Assembly (NCBI GenBank): GCA_951406725.2
Contig: OX597818.1
Location: 76,136,001-76,200,000 of the forward strand
Direction: 5' to 3'
Length of the DNA: 64,000 nucleotides
Origin: Octopus vulgaris
Taxonomy: Eukaryota
The notes below the pieces were generated by a model. The model ran no database searches and was not told the origin of the DNA. It worked only from the letters and a program-made list of their open reading frames with translations. This document shows positions 56,034 through 64,000 of this stretch, piece after piece. The position numbers and the translations under genes were made by a program. How positions within the stretch are numbered: the first letter of the stretch is position 1; each line of letters opens with the position of its first letter.

Positions 56034-56678
56034 TACAAGGGAAAGTCAAAAATTATCCGCATTATCACCATAACATATCTTTATTATTGTCACACTGCCT
56101 TCTGTGCATGCGTGATTACAGTTGGTACAATTGTGGTCACGTGATCGAAGTTTGAGCCTGATCGTGCCATTTTTATTTTTGGTTTTATTGTGTAGGCATG
56201 GCCACTCTACTAGCAATGTGCACCAAAGAAGAACCAAGTGTATCAGGTACTGAAATTCATCGGAGGCTTTTAGCACAATGAGGAGATAGTGCACTATCGC
56301 GAAGAAATGTGCATGAGTGGACTGAGAATTTTAAATGTGGCCAGACAAGCGTGAAACACGAAGAGGGAGCAGGACGCCTGTCAACCTCCACCACTGACAA
56401 CAAAATTCAACAAGCTCGAGAGATGGTGATAGTGAACCAATTCACCATTAGCATCTCTCAGGTCACTACTCTTTGTTCTTTTTTTGATGCACATTGCTAG
56501 TGGAGCGGCCATACTTACACTGTAAAGCCAGAAAGAAAAATGGCTCGATCAGGTTCAAACTTCGATCACGGGACCACAATGGTACCAACTATAAGTACGC
56601 ATGCGCAGAAGGCAGTGTGACAAGAATAAAGATATGTTATGGTGAAAGTGTGGATAATTTTTGACTTCGCCTCATGTA
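56034..56678 (+). mobile_element. Mariner-derived fold-back MITE (~190-bp inverted arms, N-terminal transposase remnant)
   Basis: TA-ended inverted termini. The interior reads EIHRRL..HEWTENFKCGQTSVKHEEGAGRLSTS. Confidence 0.85.
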
Positions 56679-56729
56679 TGGATTAACTATATATATATAT
56701 ATATATATAGATAGATATATATAGATAGA

Positions 56730-57790
56730 TATGTAAACAACATGAAATACGAAATACGAAAACATGGAATACGAACTTTTTTGCGAACAACGAAAGAAAC
56801 AATTGGAAAACAAGACAAATAACATAGAGAACGACCTTTCATCAGTTGTCGGCTGTTCATCTACTCCACATTTCGAGCAATTACAAGATGTGTCTTCGAG
56901 AAAACAGTTGCTCCCGCAAAGCAAAATAAAATTTGGGATTTATGAAGGGTCAAAGTTAGTAACAAAAACAGGACAGTGAATGCAAACTGTAAGGGCTGCT
57001 AAGCCATAACGAGGTGAGCTGGCGAACGCTGGAGGAACAAGCTTTGATAGGAGAAAAGATAGGAGTGGAGACAGACAAGAATGCGTGTGATCTGTGTGGC
57101 AGATCAAAAGGAAAGAAGCTCAAGTTAGGAAAAGAAAGATGGCCGATGGTCACGTGTGAGCAACGAGGGAGTAAAAGCCGAAGAGTGAGAAAGAGAGAGG
57201 GACAGACAAAGAACGGTGAAGGTGAGAGGAAAAGAATTAGAGATAGGATGAGGGAGAAACACGAAAGGGTGAAAAGGGGACGTCCTGTACCCATATATGC
57301 TATGTATATACTCATAGGTATGTACATATATGTATGTATATGTGCCAATAAATATATATATATATATATTATTTATATTGTTATATGAATCAACGCCACG
57401 CATCCATTTCCAAATAAGTTTATCTTAATTTTGATGCGACTCTGTGTACTGTTCTCTTTCTCCCCTTTCGTTTCCCCTCTCTTCCTTTCTCTAATTCTTT
57501 TTATCTCCCTTTCTTCCCCTTTCGTTCTCTCTCTCATCTTTTCTCTAATCTTTTCCTCTCCTCTTCACCGTTCTATATCTGTCCCTCTTTCTTTCCAACT
57601 TGTTGTAATTGCTCGAAATGTGGAGTAGATAAATAGGCGACAACTGATGAAGGGTAGTTCTTTATGTTACTTGTCTTGTTTTCCATTTGTTTCTTTCGTT
57701 TTTCGCAAAAAAGTTCATATTCCATGTTTTCGTATTTCGTATTTCATGTTGTTTACGTTTTATGACGTCCTGTACCTATATATGCATATG
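56730..57790. mobile_element. PLE-type inverted terminal-repeat relic
   Basis: 56732-56888 is the reverse complement of about 57602-57757. GACGTCCTGTACC termini occur at about 57279 and 57764. Confidence 0.7.
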
Positions 57791-57816
57791 TATATAAATA
57801 TATATGTATGTATATA

Positions 57817-57879
<63 letters not shown>

Positions 57880-57923
57880 TATTTATATTATTATATGACT
57901 GAACGCCACGCATCCATTTCCAA

Positions 57924-58004
<81 letters not shown>

Positions 58005-58930
58005 ATTCTTAAACGTAATATAACAGTACATTTCGTCACATAGTATTTATTATTATGATGATAAAGATTTGTTATGAACATTGAATAGGTAGATGGCCAG
58101 ATAAATGGAGAGACTGATAGAACAAATTTCATAATGTGCGTATGTGTGTGTGTGCGTGTGTGTGCGTGTGTGTGTGTGTGTGTGTGACAGGGATTCGTTG
58201 TTATATTTTCTTCGTATAGTGCATATTTTATCATGTGAGATTTATCATTTGTTATGAAACAATAGTCATAGTGACATAATGTTTTATTGTCAGACACAAA
58301 ACAGCGACGTATTCAGACCTCAGCTGTAATGTTACACTGACAATAACAAGAACAAGAACAAAAAAGAACAGCAACAGCAACAACAACAACAAAAACAACA
58401 GCAGCAGCAGAAGCAGCAACAACGACGATGTAAACAACAACAGCAACAACAACAATAACAGCTACAAGAACAACAGGAATAGCAAAATCAACAGCAGCAG
58501 CAACGGCTACATAAACATTAGAAGCAACAGTCATCGCCACCATTGCCATAACAATAACAACAACAACAACAACAACAACAACAGCAACAACAGCAACAGT
58601 AACAGCAACGGCAGCAGCGACATCAGCAGCAACCGCTATCACCATTACTATCTTTATAACACAATCGCAACAACCAACACGAACCATCACCATCACCACA
58701 AAAACAACATCTACTACGACAACCACGACCACAAATACAAAAACAAAACCCAACCATCATCACCACCATCACTAAAGTAACAACATGAATAATTGCGTGG
58801 AGATTTTGTGTTCGGCAGTTTTCTTTTTTTCTTTCTGCCATGTTTGGAGTGACGTGATTGAAGAGAGGGAAAGTATACAACAAACAGATGGAGACGGAAT
58901 TATATATTTTGGTAGATCACAAATTACTAA

Positions 58931-59001
<71 letters not shown>

Positions 59002-59136
59002 TCTCTCTGATTGCCTGCTTCCTGTCACTATGTATGTGCCTATGTATATCTACATATATGTATATCAACATACATGTATGCATACATGCATACATATATA
59101 CATACATACATACATACATACATACATACATACATG

Positions 59137-59175
<39 letters not shown>

Positions 59176-59231
59176 ATGTCTGTATGCATATATATATAGT
59201 ATGTATGTATATACTTACATACATATATAGT

Positions 59232-59432
59232 TAATCCAAACATGAAAACACAAAGAGAAAATACCGCAACGTGGAACAAGTATAGTATTATTGGACGCTC
59301 GGGAAAGGAAAGAAAGAAGGGGGATTTAACGTTTGGAACGGAGCTCTTCGTCAGAAACATAGGAAAAGGAAAGATCCAAGGAAGGGAAGACGGAGAAAAA
59401 AAAATCGCCAACGATACACGCGCGGTCACATA
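59232..59432 (-). mobile_element. PLE terminal-repeat relic with a degenerate HHR
   Basis: The minus strand has TTT-CTGACGA-AGAGCTCCGTTC-CAAAC-GTT-AAA at 59325-59357. Confidence 0.5.
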
Positions 59433-59436
59433 CACA

Positions 59437-60086
59437 CAGCGTACGATGGGTAAATTGTTTTTGATTTTGGCGACTGCACAGTATAGTAGGAACAGTTGGG
59501 AACCGTCTGTGAGAAAAACAGCACCATGGCACAATTCACTCTGTCAGAAATTAGGAAACGACATGCTGTACTGCTTGGCATTCGCGCCGGAAGCTCCTAT
59601 ACAAACATTTCAGAGTGTTTGGGTGTCAATCTGAGCACAGTGCTGAAGATTCGAAAAGAGTTGGATGAATCTAATGGTGATTACGAAGGTACAGCAACTC
59701 GGAAAACTCACTCAGATCGTTCTAAGAAAATAACTACTGAATTTGTTGGTGAGATCCAGGCCATGACTGACAACCTCCTTGATTATTACGTGTGGGGCGC
59801 AGTTGAGCGAGAGACCAACAAAACTCCCAGTAACACTAAAGATGAACTGAAGGCAAGGATTATAGCAGCATTCACCAACTTAAACAAGGAGACCGTCCAG
59901 AAGAATTGCAGAAGATACCAAAGTCGTGTGGAGTCCGTGGTTGAAGACAATGGCGATTTTATTGAATAAATTTACTCTTTAGTATTTCAAGATATTTCTA
60001 TGTAACTTTAACATATATGTTAAAATGAGAAGTTAGTATTATTTTCATTTTTGCGTAATTTAAACTACAATTTATTCACCACACTT
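59437..60086 (+). mobile_element. Internally deleted Tc1/mariner-superfamily transposon
   Basis: An HTH-like N-terminus is fused to NLLDYYVWG..DELKARI..SRVESVVEDNGDFIE. Degenerate TIRs (..GGTAAATTG / CAATTTATT..). Confidence 0.8.
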
Positions 60087-60108
60087 TGTGTGTGTGTGTG
60101 TGTGTCTG

Positions 60109-60166
<58 letters not shown>

Positions 60167-60345
60167 TGAAATTGCAAAATTTCACTTAAACGATCAACAG
60201 ACGACCGTGAGTCACGACTGTCTGGTGATCGAGTGCGTAAATCTCCGAGTAATATTTTGTGAGGAATTAAAATAGTATTTTATACTGCCTTTGACAGTCT
60301 AGTGCTATTTTCTCCCTCCTTATATGTATCTATGTATTCGCATGA

Positions 60346-60378
<33 letters not shown>

Positions 60379-60487
60379 TAGCGTGTGTGCGTGCCTGCTT
60401 GTGTTTGTGTGTAAGTGTGTGTTCGTGTGTGTTGTAAATGAGCGCATAAATGACGAAAGAATAGAAAATTATGCAATGAAGTTTATT

Positions 60488-60564
60488 AGCTTACAGCTGT
60501 TTCTACTATAATATGCAGTGCACGCAGTGCTGAATGTGCACCACCTCATATCTTCCTCAGAGCT
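60488..60564 (-). ncRNA. Type I hammerhead ribozyme motif with a long stem II
   Basis: AGCT-CTGAGGA-[stem II with GTGGTGCAC/GTGCACTGC]-GAAAC-agct-GTA-AGCT. Confidence 0.6.
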
Positions 60565-60847
60565 TCTAAAATGAAGTGCAAGTTTATTTGAGAAAGCATT
60601 TACAGAAATGGAAATTTTCATCTTCGAAAATATGAAATACCTATAAAGAGATACTCAAGCACTCAGCTCGGGATGAGGTGCATCTTAAAGTAGACACAGC
60701 AGTAAGCTAACGAGGTTCATAACATAGATTCCTGCCCCTTTGTCATTTATTTAATTTCATGTGTACTGTAATCAACTAATGCTTTATACTGAAGAATATG
60801 TACACCAGGTTATTAGAATAGCTATGCCTCAGCGAAGTATCCTTATC

Positions 60848-60915
<68 letters not shown>

Positions 60916-60959
60916 TGTATACATACATACATATTGCTCACATTATGCAATATATTTTT

Positions 60960-61158
60960 CTACTCTAGGCCCGATATGTTGGGGGAAGGGGCTAGTTGAT
61001 TACATCGATCCCAGTACGCAACTGGTACTTAATATATCGACCCGAAAATATGAAAAGCAAAGTCGACCTCGGCGGAATTTGAACTCAGAACGTAAAGACA
61101 CGAAATACCGCTAAGCATTTCGCCTGGCGTACTAACATGTCTGCCAGCTCGCTGCCTT
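60960..61158 (-). mobile_element. SINE family 2
   Basis: Reverse complement of 4550-4770. Confidence 0.8.
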
Positions 61159-61444
61159 CCCATATTATGCAATATTATGCAATGTTGACACCTGAAGTTT
61201 GTGGTAAATGACATCTGACTGTATGGTTCTAATGTCTGATTTACGTCTATAATGTGGCAGACAAAAATACTTCAGTTTGATAAATTTAAAATATAAGCAC
61301 CCATTCCTCTGTCTGGATGACTAATGAAATAAATATACTCTAAGAGCGCTAGAAAATGTTTCAAGGATATATTTGTTTAAAGTATTTTTAAGAGACAAGC
61401 TGTTAACAAACTGATGTTTCGTATCTCTTTTACGCTTCTCATTT

Positions 61445-64000
61445 TTTCATTTCTTGTTTCGATTATGATCCTTCTTCATGGTGATGTGTAAAGTCGTATG
61501 GTGTAGTGTAGAGAGAGGAGATGAGGGGGAGAGGGGATGAGGAGGGAGGAGATAAGGGGGAGGAGAAGGGGAGGTAAGGGGGAGAGAGAGGAGAGGAGAG
61601 ATGAGGGGGGAGATCGGGGAGGGAGAGAGGGGGAGAGGGGAAGAGGGGGGGAAAGAGGAGGGGAAAATGAAAGAGGAGAAGAGGAGGGAGAAGGGGAAAG
61701 GTGAGAGTGAGGAGGGGGAGAGGGGGAGAAGGAAAGAAGGAGGGGGTGGTGAGGGTGAGATGAGATGAGATGAGGGTGGAGGGGGAGATGAGGGGGAGGG
61801 GGAGGGGGAGAAGGAAAGAGGAGAAGAGGGGGAGGAGGAGGGGGAAGGGGGAGAAGGAAGGATAGGAGAAGAGGAGGGAGGATAGAGGGAGAGGGGGAGA
61901 GAGAAGAGTAGTGAGAGAGCAGAGAGAAAGAGGGAAGGGCAAGAGGGAAGAAGAAAGAGGGAAGAAGGGAAGAGGAGGGAAAGGGAGTAGGGGTGAAAAG
62001 ATGAAGGACTGAAGAGAAGTAGGGGTCGGGGGGAGGTTAGATGAGGAGGGGGGAGAGGGGGGTTAGATTGGGAGGGGAGAGAGTTGAGACCAAATGGCGT
62101 AAAAGAGCGAAGAGAGAAGATTAATTTCTGTTCACGGCGCAAACGGGAGCAGGGGAACGAGCCAGGTTGGGAGGTAGGGTCAGGGAAGGAGTTATGGACC
62201 AAAAGGTCTCGTAGGTTATGGGCTCGTTTGAAGGAGGGGAGGGGTAGGTTAGGGAAGAGGTGTGAAGTAGACGGGTCGGACTGGAGATGCCGGAAAGCTC
62301 GAAGAATGGTGCGTTGGAGAGGTAGGGTCGTGGGGTGGTAAGTGAGGGGAAAAGGGAGGCGGGAGACTACAGGGCGGGTTTGGGGAAAGAGAGCAGATGC
62401 ACGGTCTACGGAACGTGCTCTGGCAAGGGCGGTGTGGATAGTGGTGAGGGGGTATCCATGTAGGATGAAGTGGTGAACCATACGTTGAGACTGAGTCTCA
62501 TACAGAGCCTACGTAGACGGAGGAATTGGGAATAGGGGATGGAAAGCTTGGTGTGTTTTGGGTGGGAGGAAGAGAAGTTGAGGTATGAGTGTGAGTCTGT
62601 GTGTTTTTAGTGATGGAGGTGGTAAGAGTGGAGTGATGAATGCTGACCGAAATGTCGAGGAAGGAGACAGAGGTGTTGGAGATAGTGGAGGTGAAGTGGA
62701 GGGCTGGATGGAAGGATTGAACGAAAGAGAGGAAGGAATCTAGATCTTCAAGGGAGAGTGAGGTGGCACCGATAATGTCGTCAATGTAACGACCGTATAG
62801 TTCAGGAGTGGGACCAGTGAAATTAGAGAATATTTGGGCCTCAACATAGCCAACGAACAGGTTCGCATAGTTGGGGCCCATTCGCGTTCCCATGGCCACT
62901 CCCGAGAGATCTGTTGGTAGAACTCGCCCGTGAACGAGAAGCAGTTGAGAGTAAGGACAAGTTCGGCCAGACGAATGAGTGTGGAGGTGTCAGGTTCAGG
63001 GTTGGGGCGGAGGTAGAGAAAGTGTTGAAGTGCCCGCAGTCCTTCGTGGTGAGGGATAACGGTGTAGAGGCTCTGGATGTCCATAGTAAAAAGGATTTTG
63101 GAGGAGCCGGGAGGAAAGGAGAAAGAGTTGAAAAGCCGGAGAGCATGGTTGGTATCGTGGATGTGGGAGGGAAAAGACGCCACTAGGGGGGCAAGGACAC
63201 GGTCGAGGTATTTAGAGATGAGCTCCGTGGGGCAGTTACAGGCGGAGACGATGGGGCGGCCAGAGTTGTTGGGTTTGTGGATTTTGGGGAGGAAGTAAAT
63301 GGTGCTGGTGCGTGGGGTTCGCACAATTAGGTTGGATGCGGTGTGGGGGAGACGGGAGGACGAGATGCGGTCGTGGACAGTAGAGGATACCGTCTGTTGG
63401 TAGCTACGTGTGGGGTTAGAGGACAGAGGGGAGTAGAAGGAGGTGTCATTGAGTTGGCGGAGAGCCTCGGCCCTGTAGAGGTCCGCGCACCACACCACCA
63501 CAGCTCCACCCTTGTCAGCCGGTTTGATGATAATGTCAGCGCGCCGTTGGAGGGAACGAAGAGCCTAGAGCTCGGCCGGGGAGATGTTGAGGCGGCGGTG
63601 GCGCCTGGAGAAGTTGAACCGCTCCAACGCACGCTGACAGGCGCCTGTGAAAAGATCCACTGCTAGGAACTGGCCGGGGGCAGGCGTCCACGGGGATGGT
63701 CGGCGGCCCAGGTCAGTGTAACAGTCCTCATCGTTGGATGCGGGTGGTGAGTCGCGGAAATGCGCACCCAACCGGACGCGGCGTACAAAGCTGTGGACAT
63801 CAGCTCGCGTCTGGAATTCCTTACAGGATGGAGTGAGGGGGATGAAACGCAGACCCCTACTAAGGATGGAGCGTTCCGCCGCAGAGAGGGGAAGATCGGG
63901 GGGAATGGTAACAACAGACGGAAGTGGAGAAGGGGTGGGTGGAATAGAAGTATGAAGGGTGGATGGAATGGGAGTAGGAGTAGGAGGGGTGGTAGGGCTG
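61445..64000 (-). mobile_element. Second PLE family (C-rich sense strand), frameshifted RT, GIY-YIG deleted; continues past the window end
   Basis: GLRFIP, KPADKGGAVVVW, YFLPKIHK..GRPIVS, TMDIQSLYT, AMGTRMGPNYANLF, RYIDD and SFLD motifs. FPCSR is joined directly to LRREQKLIFSL..GLN. HHR-like ATGAAGA..GAAAC at 61455-61480. Confidence 0.9.
61510..62085 (+). repeat. Polypurine G-rich tract (3' tail of the PLE)
   Basis: Nearly pure G/A with many G3-G7 runs. Confidence 0.9.

Noticed and set aside
61447-62085. Pro/Ser-rich extensin-like ORF
   Set aside because: It is the translation of the pyrimidine-rich PLE tail, which lacks stop codons because of its composition.

Overview
Repeat-dense, AT-rich eukaryotic DNA, probably from an octopus genome (inferred from the SINE families and microsatellite load). 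It looks intronic or intergenic, and I found no confident host protein-coding gene. Contents: a cluster of R4/Dong-type RLE non-LTR fragments in (TAA)n tracts (1.5-14.4 kb, 25 kb), L1/Tx1-like 3' fragments, three tRNA-derived SINE families, mariner/Tc1 derivatives, Helitron-like ends, a near full-length frameshifted RTE LINE (38.2-41.3 kb) and several Penelope-like elements (PLEs). The most interesting signal is a ~7 kb PLE at 41.36-48.45 kb. It has an inverted plus direct pseudo-LTR layout and an extra 431-aa ORF1 whose end overlaps the RT/GIY-YIG frame in the -1 register at a T TTT TTT slippery heptamer. Many fold-back repeats carry minimal hammerhead ribozyme (HHR) motifs, including a well-formed U3-A8 core variant in both arms of a 520-bp palindrome. 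All calls were made by eye, and element boundaries are approximate.
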